A DNA stretch of 64,000 nt. Origin: Candidatus Agathobaculum intestinipullorum (GTDB taxonomy: Bacteria; Bacillota; Clostridia; Oscillospirales; Butyricicoccaceae). Shown piece after piece: positions 21,927 to 30,109 of the stretch. Under the pieces are notes generated by a model. That model searched no databases. It was not told the DNA's origin and worked only from the letters and a program-made list of their open reading frames with translations. Positions within the stretch are counted from its first letter, which is position 1. Each line of letters starts with the position of its first letter. The DNA lies in contig DWZQ01000028.1 in NCBI GenBank assembly GCA_019117485.1, positions 20,555-84,554 on the forward strand, written 5' to 3'. Made by a program: the position numbers and the translations under genes.

Positions 21927-21993
21927 AAGAAAATATGAAAGATCGGTTCAAAGATTATGACATTCCCAATTGGGTGGAAGGGGAGATTTGATA

Positions 21994-22758
21994 ATGGCAC
22001 AAGAGCTGCATCGTGCCACAGCTCGAGTTCTGGATATATTAGAGTGTTTATCCAACGCATCAGAAGGGATGACACTAACCGAATTAGCACAAGCGTTGGG
22101 GGCGCCCAAAAGTAGTTTATTCCCCATTGTTCATACATTACAACAGCGCCAATATCTGCAACAATTTCCGGGAACCAGCCGGTATACGATCGGCCCCAGC
22201 TCGTTGGTGTTAGGAAGCGCCTATACATTTAACAGCGGCATTGTAGCTATTACTGATGTGATCAAACAAGTTGTAGCCGCCAGCCAAGAAACCTGTCAGT
22301 TCGGCATTTTAGACCAAGGTAATGTGCTTTATATTGCCAAAGAAGATTCGCCGGAGGCCATCCGCATGATTTCCCGAGTTGGAAACCGCCTTCCTGCCAA
22401 CGCGACCGCCATCGGTAAGGCCTTGCTCAGCGGACTGACCAATGCCGAAGTGCGGGCATTGTATGCCAACGGGCTTCCCCGTTTGACCGCACGCACCATC
22501 ACGGATATTGGGACCTTACTCAACCAGCTGGATGATATCCGGAATGGTGGTATCGCTTGCGAACAGGAAGAATCCACCCCGCAGCTGGCCTGCTGGGCGT
22601 TACCGCTATACCGTGGCGGCAAAGTTTTTGCCGCACTGAGTGTATCCGTCCCACTCTTTCGCTGCCAGTCGGGAAAAATCGAGTTGATTTGTCAAAGCCT
22701 ACGAAGAGCAAAAGCAACAATAGAACAGCTGGCAGAATTACAGTCGTTTGGAATATAA
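21994..22758 (+). CDS. IclR family transcriptional regulator
   Basis: N-terminal wHTH (RVLDILECLSNASEGMTLTELAQALGAPKSSLFPIVHTL) plus an IclR effector domain. GGAAGGGGAG RBS lies before ATG 21994. Confidence 0.9.
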   Translation: MAQELHRATARVLDILECLSNASEGMTLTELAQALGAPKSSLFPIVHTLQQRQYLQQFPGTSRYTIGPSSLVLGSAYTFNSGIVAITDVIKQVVAASQETCQFGILDQGNVLYIAKEDSPEAIRMISRVGNRLPANATAIGKALLSGLTNAEVRALYANGLPRLTARTITDIGTLLNQLDDIRNGGIACEQEESTPQLACWALPLYRGGKVFAALSVSVPLFRCQSGKIELICQSLRRAKATIEQLAELQSFGI

Positions 22759-22882
22759 ATATTGCTTTTACTCACAATTGCTTTTCCTACCATATGGCAT
22801 CCTAGTGCCCTTTTCCGGCTTTGCTGTCCAGTTTGTGCGACGGCGGATGTCGCAGCAAAGCGAACATTTTCCCCTATCCAAA

Positions 22883-22920
22883 AAAACCCGCCCGCAGGCC
22901 TTTTCCTGCGGGCGGGTTTT
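22883..22920. terminator. rho-independent terminator after the IclR gene (A-run and T-run on either side)
   Basis: Perfect 16-bp stem AAAACCCGCCCGCAGG/CCTGCGGGCGGGTTTT with a 6-nt loop. Confidence 0.85.
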
Positions 22921-23051
22921 GGCTTTATTGTTCGCTACTTGTAGCCACGACTGACATCTCACAGATACGCCGCGCTAGTCTTCGAATTGCCAGCCAAGCG
23001 GCCAGCAGCTGTACATAGATGCCATAAGCCATGGTGCTGTTACTTTACATA

Positions 23052-23096
23052 AAAGAACCGACGTGTCACTTCGTCAAGAAATGACACGCCGGTTCT
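23052..23096 (-). terminator. terminator after the YjfB-like gene
   Basis: 15/16-bp stem AAGAACCGACGTGTCA/TGACACGCCGGTTCTT. The minus strand continues with TT. Confidence 0.6.
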
Positions 23097-23169
23097 TGCA
23101 ACAATTCCGTTTGTCTGCCGCTACGGTAATGTTTTTCCTTCGGCATCCATCACATTTTGCCGCGCTTTT

Positions 23170-23346
23170 TCATGCGTAAGTGTCGATGATCTGCCCTGCT
23201 CCAGAAGGATCCGGCAGCATCTGCAGTAACCCCTGCGCAACCACCTCGGTCGCGTCCATTGCTTTCTTAGCCACAGAGATCGAAGCGCTCTGCTGCAATT
23301 GCGCCGTGCTCATATTGGCTGACACTGCGGCAACGCCATCCATCAT
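23170..23346 (-). CDS. YjfB-like putative motility protein
   Basis: 58 aa. MSTAQLQQSASISVAKKAMD resembles the B. subtilis YjfB family. AGGAGG lies 9 nt before ATGATG 23346. Confidence 0.65.
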   Translation of the reverse strand: MMDGVAAVSANMSTAQLQQSASISVAKKAMDATEVVAQGLLQMLPDPSGAGQIIDTYA

Positions 23347-23431
23347 CCGGTAACACCTCCTTTTATTTTGCCGGTATACCGGCTTATATTTATCATATCG
23401 ACCAGCCATTCAGCCAGTTAACAGGCTACAC

Positions 23432-24664
23432 TCAATCCGTCAAAATATACACTTTAGCCGGACGGACACCAAAATCGTTGGCCTCGTCGCCCGTCATAAA
23501 AAACAGGTCGATCTTTGCGCCCTTGATCAGGCCCCCGGTGTCTTCTGCTAGCCCCGGCCCGTATGACCACGACTGGTCGCCACCATTGGAAACAACATAC
23601 AGGCGACTACCCAACGGAATTACCGTGGGATCGACCGCAATCGTGCCGTAGTCCGTCACCGTGCCGGACGCGGTGATCTCCCCGCCGTCCTCAATACGGT
23701 GATAGGCAGTAGCGGTTACATCAATAACTGCGGAATAGGAAAAACTCGATCCGTCCGCTGCGGTAATCACTTTATTTTCTGTGTCGTCTACAATACCCGC
23801 CGGCACCGACCAAACCTGAGACCGCCCCGCAGTGGACAGCTCTTGCCCACTGTTGTCAACCTGTGTAGATGGCAACGGCTGGGAGCTGACTTCCGGTGCA
23901 GATTCTGTCACCGTCTGCTTTTCCTGTGTAGTTACCGGTTCTCGGATCCCCTGCTCAACCACACAGTTGACCGGTTTCTTGACTTCCTTTTCCTCCACGA
24001 CCTCACGCGAAGCTTCTTCACCGTCGTGCATCTCCACCCGATAGGAGATGCTTTTTTCGCCTGGCTCACCGTAGGTCAGGATTTTCTGCTCGCCTTTCAG
24101 CCGTTCCTCGCTATACGTTACTTCTACTTCAAACGGGATTGCTTCGGTTTCCGTCACCGTTTGGAAAGTGACGCGCGTTACTTTGATCTGTGCGTTATCG
24201 GAAAGCCATGCATCCCCATCCGGCGTTACGATATCATCCGGCCCAACCAAAATCCCATTCTGCTCCAGCAACTCGCCCACGGTGCAGGGCGCGGTACGTA
24301 CCGTGAGCGTTTGCGCACTGGTCTGAATCGAAACATCAAACGATTCCTTGAGAGTCAGGTAGACTGTGCCGTCATCCTCTTTCTGACTGACGACCTCTAC
24401 ATTCTGAAACCCTGCCTTTTCGCAGGCCTCCTCAATGGAACCCGGATAGAGCTTTACCGTTTCATAGCGCTCCCCGTCAGTCATCACATAAGTGCAGGCA
24501 GAGCTATATACCGTCATCATACTCAAAATAGCATACAGCAACAACGCGCCGCCCACTCCGGCTAACGCAGCCAGCCGCCAATTGACATATTTCATCCATG
24601 CCAGCTTCTTTTTCTGACGTGTAAACACTCCAGCATTCCCCCCTTGTAGTGATAGGAGTTCCAT
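23432..24664 (-). CDS. DUF348-G5-3D domain cell-wall protein (RpfB/YabE-like)
   Basis: N-terminal TM, DUF348-like repeats, a G5-like segment (EAIPFEVEVTYSEERLKGEQKILTYGEPGEKS) and a C-terminal 3D domain (ATAYH...TASG...IAVDP...EDTGGLIKG..IDLF). The start is uncertain (24664 or 24763). Confidence 0.8.
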   Translation of the reverse strand: MELLSLQGGNAGVFTRQKKKLAWMKYVNWRLAALAGVGGALLLYAILSMMTVYSSACTYVMTDGERYETVKLYPGSIEEACEKAGFQNVEVVSQKEDDGTVYLTLKESFDVSIQTSAQTLTVRTAPCTVGELLEQNGILVGPDDIVTPDGDAWLSDNAQIKVTRVTFQTVTETEAIPFEVEVTYSEERLKGEQKILTYGEPGEKSISYRVEMHDGEEASREVVEEKEVKKPVNCVVEQGIREPVTTQEKQTVTESAPEVSSQPLPSTQVDNSGQELSTAGRSQVWSVPAGIVDDTENKVITAADGSSFSYSAVIDVTATAYHRIEDGGEITASGTVTDYGTIAVDPTVIPLGSRLYVVSNGGDQSWSYGPGLAEDTGGLIKGAKIDLFFMTGDEANDFGVRPAKVYILTD

Positions 24665-24799
24665 GATCTTTTCCCTGCAACAATGTTTCGGTTTTCCATT
24701 CCTATTACGCAATGCAGCAAGCACATCGCCTGATGCATATAAAACAGGCTGCACTCCCCCCACTTCGGGGATGCGCAGCCTGTAATTTGCCTCATAGCA

Positions 24800-25162
24800 T
24801 CAAGCAAGAGCCGCCTCCAAAGACGAAAGGAGCTGTTCCCGGTCGAACGGCTTATAAATAAACCCCTTGGTCCCGATGTCACTTGCTTCGTTGATGGTGT
24901 TATCATATGCTAACGAGGATACCATCAAAACGCGCGCCTGTGGATGCGATTGCAGCAGCAACCGCGCCGCTTCCAAGCCCGTCATACCCGGCATCAGGAT
25001 ATCCATGGTGACCAGATCCGGCTGAACCTCATCGTACTTTTCCAAAGCTTCTTCACCGCTTTGGCAGCAAAGCACAACCTGATAATCGGTATCGGCTAAA
25101 ATCCTTTTTATCTGCAAATGGACGACGCGAGAATCGTCGACAACCATGACTTTCTTTGACAT
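24800..25162 (-). CDS. cheY: chemotaxis response regulator CheY
   Basis: 120-aa single receiver domain: VMVVDDS, LVTMDILMPGMTG, GFIYKPF. AAGGAG RBS. Confidence 0.85.
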   Translation of the reverse strand: MSKKVMVVDDSRVVHLQIKRILADTDYQVVLCCQSGEEALEKYDEVQPDLVTMDILMPGMTGLEAARLLLQSHPQARVLMVSSLAYDNTINEASDIGTKGFIYKPFDREQLLSSLEAALA

Positions 25163-25203
25163 AATGTTACGCTCCTTTTCCACAGTCTGCAACAAAACAT
25201 ACG

Positions 25204-25662
25204 TCAGGCTGCGGTCAGCTGATGAATCAGCTGCGCACTTTCGTTACAGTCACTGGTATAATTGATGACCCCATGCAGCCCGTCTTGCTCGTCCGGAATA
25301 AACCGACCGGTATAAAAAACCGGAATCCGAAAACTTGCAGGTACATGAAAAGCCCGGAACAGGCCTGCTACAATCTGTCCACATATTACGTTAAAATACT
25401 CTTTTACCAAGTCTTCCAAATCATTCGGTTCAATCGTTTCCTCCTGCAACACATGCTGCGCAAGGCGAATGAGAAACGCGGTATCCGCACACAGCACCAG
25501 TGCGCCATGATAGCTACCCTCAAAGGTGGTATACACTGTGCAAATGTCATCCGAAGGCTCGGAATCATGCTGGCACAGCTGAATACCGGCATAGCGCTCC
25601 GTCATATCGCGCATTACCTGATCCAGAATGTCCTGAACATCTGCTTGCGTAAACGTATTCAA
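25204..25662 (-). CDS. cheX: CheX-like CheY-P phosphatase (CheC/CheX fold)
   Basis: 152 aa with a CheX-like pattern (ICTVYTTFEGSYHGALVLC, EYFNVICGQI), adjacent to cheY. TTG start with GGAGG 7 nt upstream. Confidence 0.65.
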   Translation of the reverse strand: MNTFTQADVQDILDQVMRDMTERYAGIQLCQHDSEPSDDICTVYTTFEGSYHGALVLCADTAFLIRLAQHVLQEETIEPNDLEDLVKEYFNVICGQIVAGLFRAFHVPASFRIPVFYTGRFIPDEQDGLHGVINYTSDCNESAQLIHQLTAA

Positions 25663-25716
25663 CGTACTACCTCCTACTGCGTTTTGTTCCTAAGCCTACT
25701 TCCTTGTAATGCCGGA

Positions 25717-25751
25717 ACGCTGTCTAAACAGCGTCCGGCATTGACTTTCTC
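25717..25751. terminator. strong hairpin downstream of the hemerythrin ORF (terminator-like, no clear U-run)
   Basis: AATGCCGG(A)ACGCTG/CAGCGTCCGGCATT, 14 bp with one bulge and a 6-nt loop. Confidence 0.4.
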
Positions 25752-25793
25752 AGCTGTACCACAAAACTTTTCAGCGGCCATTTCGTAAAACCA

Positions 25794-26375
25794 TCACTCC
25801 GTCTGCTGGCCATGTAAGAACGCTGCCAGACGCTTATCCTCCTGCCGGATATGGTTGATCAGTACGCCAGCTTCGGCGTTGATCTGCCCCAAGCTTTGGA
25901 CAGTTGGACCGTTTTCACGAATATCCTTTGCAAGCGCGCGGATCCTGCTTTTATAATCCACATGGAACGCATGGTGCGGCTCATACTTCGGATATCCGCT
26001 ACTGCGCTGCAATTCTTCCTCATCGCTGAAATGCTTGTCGACGTAATCGGCAAGGAATTCGGCGGTTTGCCCGATCTGTGCACGCCCGTGCCCGGAATGG
26101 CATGCCAAAAGAAGATCATTGATCGCATCAAACAACATGCGATGCTCTGAATCAATCAGTTGATTTCCCGTTTCCAGGTCAGGTGTTACTTTGTACTGCT
26201 TAATACTTTCCTTGGTCGTCAAAACCGGAGACTGGGGTGCTGCGGTGCGTGACTGGAAAGTTCTCCCCCTGCGAGGGGGAATTACCTCCTGCATAAAAGC
26301 TGCCGCTGGCTGCCGCATTGACTGCGGTGCTATCGAAGTCGGTCGTAGTAAACGAAACCCCACCCGGCGTTTCAT
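25794..26375 (-). CDS. hemerythrin-like domain protein; the maximal ORF is given and the true start is unresolved (see findings)
   Basis: The core [20 protein letters not shown]...HFSDEE...HHAFH...[11 protein letters not shown] carries the hemerythrin His/Glu/Asp ligand pattern. The upstream 175 nt overlap the MCP gene in another frame. Confidence 0.7.
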   Translation of the reverse strand: MKRRVGFRLLRPTSIAPQSMRQPAAAFMQEVIPPRRGRTFQSRTAAPQSPVLTTKESIKQYKVTPDLETGNQLIDSEHRMLFDAINDLLLACHSGHGRAQIGQTAEFLADYVDKHFSDEEELQRSSGYPKYEPHHAFHVDYKSRIRALAKDIRENGPTVQSLGQINAEAGVLINHIRQEDKRLAAFLHGQQTE

Positions 26376-28053
26376 CCTCTGTACCTACGCGGAAAGTAGC
26401 GAATATCTGATGCAACATATGTGCCTGCGACGACAGTTCCTGACTTGCCGCAGCAGATTCCTCACTCGTCGCGGAATTGGTCTGTACGACCGTTGCAATC
26501 TGATCGATGCCCTGCGTAATGCTCTCAATCGACTCCGATTCGTGTTCCGCTGCCTTTGCGATCGCCGTCATCTGTTCCACAGCCTTAGTGGTCAGCTCTG
26601 TGCTGGTCGTAATCGTTTCGGCCGCAGCATGTGCGATATTGGAGCCGTTTTCTACTGCCTTAATGGAGTTCTCAATCAGTGCAGTGGTATTCTTTGCCGC
26701 CTCAGCAGATTTGGATGCAAGGTTACGCACCTCATCGGCAACAACAGCAAAACCCTTGCCCGCGGAACCTGCGCGCGCTGCTTCAACCGCAGCATTAAGC
26801 GCCAGAATATTCGTCTGGAATGCAATATCTTCAATGGTCTTGATAATCTTGCTGATTTCCTGCGACGTAGCAGTGATGTCGTTCATCGCGGCGATCATCT
26901 GCGTCATCTGCTGCTGACTCTCAGCGTTCTGTGCGCCAGCCATATCCGCATTTTCCTTAGCGGCCTTAGCGGAGTCCGCATTGCGGCGTGCGGCAGTAGC
27001 AATATCATTGATATTGGCAGACAACTGCTCTACCGCGCTGGCCTGCTCTGTTGCACCCTGCGCCAAGGACTGCGCACCATTGGAAACCTGATCTGCACCT
27101 GCAGCAACCTGATCAACAGACGACTTAACGCTGGAAATCATTTTGCGCATCTGCTTGGTCAGCTGTGCCAGCGCCTCGGTAATCGTATGGAACGAACCCG
27201 GCAGTTCCACCTCACAATTGATGCTGAAGTCGCCGTCTACCATCGACGTAGCAATACGGGTGATCTCCGTGCACGCAGAAGAAAGCATGGTCTGCGTCGA
27301 ACGAAGTGCGTCGGCCATATCGCCGAATTCGTCCTTACCCTCATATGTAATATCCCGGCTCATATCGCCAGCGCTCATTTCCACCAACACCTGATGCGTT
27401 TCGCTCAGCGGGGTCAGGATAGAACGGATCAATGCAATCGCGAAAATAACGATCAGAATCAGGAACAGAACCAGCAAACCGATCATCAGGATCATCATAA
27501 ACACGATAGCCTGCTGCTGCTCGCTTTCCACCTCTGTAATGTAGGCATCAATCGTGTTTGTCAACTCCACCGCTGCATCACGCAGCTCATTGAGTGCCGG
27601 CGTACATTCGTTAACCATAATGGTTTTTGCCTTTTCGAAATCGTTAGCATCCACCGCGCTGATGATCTCAGAAATTACGCTTTCCCATGCCTCCACAGCA
27701 GCCAAATAACTTTTTTCCTTGCCATCCTCTAACATATAGTTATCGGACACATAGGTCTGCGCCGTCGTCAGCTGATCCAGTGCAGAATTGAGCGACTGCT
27801 GATTCGTGCTGTAATTGGCTTTCTCGGTATCCAGTACGATATCACGAGCATATCTCGCCGCTGTATTCATCTGGATACGGCAGTTCAGGATCTGCTGCTC
27901 CAGCATTACTTCATTGGCGAGCAACCCTTCATAACGGCTGCGCAGGGAAAACATGTTCACAATCGAAATTGCAAACAGGATAACCGACAAGGCAACCGGT
28001 ATGGCAAAACCCAAAATTAACCTATGATTGATTTTCATGTCCCGTAATCGCAT
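26200..28053 (-). CDS. methyl-accepting chemotaxis protein (4-helix-bundle sensor, HAMP, signalling domain)
   Basis: 617 aa with two TM segments. Highly conserved hairpin region: [40 protein letters not shown]. Confidence 0.9.
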   Translation of the reverse strand: MRLRDMKINHRLILGFAIPVALSVILFAISIVNMFSLRSRYEGLLANEVMLEQQILNCRIQMNTAARYARDIVLDTEKANYSTNQQSLNSALDQLTTAQTYVSDNYMLEDGKEKSYLAAVEAWESVISEIISAVDANDFEKAKTIMVNECTPALNELRDAAVELTNTIDAYITEVESEQQQAIVFMMILMIGLLVLFLILIVIFAIALIRSILTPLSETHQVLVEMSAGDMSRDITYEGKDEFGDMADALRSTQTMLSSACTEITRIATSMVDGDFSINCEVELPGSFHTITEALAQLTKQMRKMISSVKSSVDQVAAGADQVSNGAQSLAQGATEQASAVEQLSANINDIATAARRNADSAKAAKENADMAGAQNAESQQQMTQMIAAMNDITATSQEISKIIKTIEDIAFQTNILALNAAVEAARAGSAGKGFAVVADEVRNLASKSAEAAKNTTALIENSIKAVENGSNIAHAAAETITTSTELTTKAVEQMTAIAKAAEHESESIESITQGIDQIATVVQTNSATSEESAAASQELSSQAHMLHQIFATFRVGTEDETPGGVSFTTTDFDSTAVNAAASGSFYAGGNSPSQGENFPVTHRSTPVSGFDDQGKY

Positions 28054-28081
28054 AAATGGTTAGCCCCCTAAAATATATTTT

Positions 28082-28801
28082 CTATTCAAATCGACTCGTT
28101 GCTCTTAACTCGCCGTATTTGCCCTTCTCAACATCGCCAGCTACTTTTCCAGCTACCAGCGTAATAACCCTGCGGCACATGATGTTGACGAAATCCTTTG
28201 CATGGGTCGCCATAATCACCGTTGTCCCGCATCGGTTGATTTCATTGAGGATGTTCATAATATCCCATCCTGTGTCATAATCGAGGTTCGCAGTAATCTC
28301 ATCAACCAGTAGAATTGGCGGCTTGCAGACAATCGCCCGTGCCAACTCCACCATTTTAACCTGTCCGCCGGACAGTTCAAACGGATATCGATCCTCCATT
28401 GCGCGCATGCCAACAATCGACAGCGCCTTACTTGTGTGCGTCGGGATCACCTTGGATTTCACACCAAGGGCCCGCTGCACCAATTCCAGATTCTGCCGAA
28501 TGGTTTTTTTGCGCACCAAGCTTGCATCCTGCCAAACCTGACCAATCATGCGGCGGTACGCCGCGCGATGCCAGCTCCGCAGGCGGGTTACTTCCAAATT
28601 ATCCACCCAGATCCGACCGTCATCAGCCGGAATCTGATTGGCAAGCAAACGCAGCAGCGTAGTTTTCCCAGCGCCGCTGCTGCCGATGATAAAGACAAAT
28701 TCTCCTTTTTCTATCGATAAAGATACATCGTCAACCGCCGCAATCCGCTTTTGATCATTGGTAAAATATTTTTTGACATGCTGTATTTCTATTTGCGGCA
28801 C
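28082..28801 (-). CDS. FtsE-like ABC ATPase; no FtsX-like permease is adjacent
   Basis: Walker A GSSGAGKTT, signature LSGGQ, Walker B ILLVDEIT, H-loop MATH. GGAAGGGGAG lies 7 nt before GTG 28801. Confidence 0.8.
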   Translation of the reverse strand: MPQIEIQHVKKYFTNDQKRIAAVDDVSLSIEKGEFVFIIGSSGAGKTTLLRLLANQIPADDGRIWVDNLEVTRLRSWHRAAYRRMIGQVWQDASLVRKKTIRQNLELVQRALGVKSKVIPTHTSKALSIVGMRAMEDRYPFELSGGQVKMVELARAIVCKPPILLVDEITANLDYDTGWDIMNILNEINRCGTTVIMATHAKDFVNIMCRRVITLVAGKVAGDVEKGKYGELRATSRFE

Positions 28802-28833
28802 GATCGGACTCCCCTTCCGCTGGATCAAACAAA

Positions 28834-29733
28834 TCACTCTACTGCCGGCTGTGATAACAACCAAAGCGGCGCACCCGCAGTGGAACTATTGCTGAGCTCA
28901 TTCAAGATCAGCGACGCATCCCACTCCTGCAAACTCCGCTGACGGCTGTTCGGATCGGCTACCAGAATGTTACCCTCCAGCGTAACGCCACGCAACAAAA
29001 TAAAATGCCCTGTGCTCGTAAAATGCCCGCGGCTCATCAGTGCAACCGCAATTCGCCCCCCAGATAGCTGTATACGCAAACTTTCCGGTGTCATAGAACT
29101 AAGCGATGAACACTCCAGTCCAAACGCACTGGCCACACCGCGCACAATTGTATGATAAGAGCCGCTTTGAGCTGCCCAGAAACCGTTTTCACTACACCAC
29201 GCTGCCATTGCGGCTGGATCGGTTGGCGTATCTGTCAAGCTTCTAACCGCCATGGCAAGCGCAGTCGGCCCACATCCATACGGTCCGACCCGGTCACTAC
29301 CATAGGGTTTATCTTTCCAAGCCGGATCGCTCTGTGCAAAATAATAAATAGACACTGAGCCGCCTGTGAGCATCTCTTGACCATCGCGCATCACCAACTC
29401 GGTGACCGCTGGATCTGTGATATCGATACCACCGCCTAAGATGGCTGGTTCGCCAGCTTGCTGCGACTCGATCTGCTCCTGCTGCTCCTGAATGATTTCC
29501 TGCTGGCGCAACGCAATGCGCTCCGCAATCTTTTCCTGCATGCCGCACGCAATACTGCGTACCTGCTCACGCCCGGCATGCCAAAGCCCCTTCGCTTTTT
29601 CCACGACGGGGTCAACCACCTTATGAAAAACGGGTGGATCCAGCCAGTAACAGGCAGCTAACTCTGCCCCGCCAACAAAAGTCAGCACGAGCAGACACAC
29701 ACCTATCCTTTTTTTCCATGAGCGTTTTTTCAC
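28834..29733 (-). CDS. membrane-anchored C39-like (papain-fold) peptidase domain protein
   Basis: N-terminal TM (IGVCLLVLTFVGGAELAA), a Gln/Glu-rich helical linker, then YGCGPTALAM (Cys) and STGHFILLRG...VADP (His/Asp) as in Peptidase_C39_2. GTG 29733 lies 4 nt after the fliT-like stop, with a GGAAGAAAG RBS. Confidence 0.6.
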   Translation of the reverse strand: MKKRSWKKRIGVCLLVLTFVGGAELAACYWLDPPVFHKVVDPVVEKAKGLWHAGREQVRSIACGMQEKIAERIALRQQEIIQEQQEQIESQQAGEPAILGGGIDITDPAVTELVMRDGQEMLTGGSVSIYYFAQSDPAWKDKPYGSDRVGPYGCGPTALAMAVRSLTDTPTDPAAMAAWCSENGFWAAQSGSYHTIVRGVASAFGLECSSLSSMTPESLRIQLSGGRIAVALMSRGHFTSTGHFILLRGVTLEGNILVADPNSRQRSLQEWDASLILNELSNSSTAGAPLWLLSQPAVE

Positions 29734-29737
29734 GCGC

Positions 29738-30109
29738 TTACTTTCTTCCAGCCAAAGATTGGTTAATCCTACTATCGAGCGGCACAAGCCGTTCAATCAA
29801 ACGCCTGTTTTGCTGCATCTGCTTAACGACCATATCTTCATCCGCATCGCGCGGCGCCTGACCATCAAGCAGCGCATCCCAGCGTTCCCGGATATCCGGC
29901 GCATCGGTTTTCCCAATGCGCCGGATATTTTCATCCAGTTCCTGCATCCGGAGGAGAGGCTCCTGACGCATAGATAGCAACATGCCAAATGATGTGCCAT
30001 CATCTCGATCAAGCGCTTCGCCCATCTGCACAGTCAAATCATAAATCTCTGTTAATGCGGTATAACGTTTTCGCAGCTGCACCAACAGCTTCATCCATTG
30101 ATCGTTCAT
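29738..30109 (-). CDS. FliT-like flagellar chaperone, called from position and helical character only
   Basis: 123-aa helical protein. Its ATG overlaps the fliS stop (ATGA), the same position as fliT in B. subtilis fliD-fliS-fliT. Confidence 0.4.
   Translation of the reverse strand: MNDQWMKLLVQLRKRYTALTEIYDLTVQMGEALDRDDGTSFGMLLSMRQEPLLRMQELDENIRRIGKTDAPDIRERWDALLDGQAPRDADEDMVVKQMQQNRRLIERLVPLDSRINQSLAGRK

Noticed and set aside
21854-22228. A 124-aa minus-strand ORF overlapping the 5' part of the IclR gene.
   Set aside because: It overlaps a well-supported IclR wHTH coding region. It has no RBS or motif, and its Trp/Pro/Ile-rich translation is atypical.
26204-26375. An N-terminal extension of the hemerythrin ORF ([27 protein letters not shown]...) treated as a genuine leader peptide or domain.
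   Set aside because: It overlaps the MCP 3' end completely. Its Arg/Pro-rich composition looks like off-frame reading of the MCP tail. It is kept only as the maximal ORF boundary; see the frameshift/fusion finding.
26191-27732. A 513-aa plus-strand ORF antisense to the MCP.
   Set aside because: The MCP frame carries the highly conserved signalling hairpin. The antisense translation is Cys/Arg/Leu-rich with no recognisable domain.
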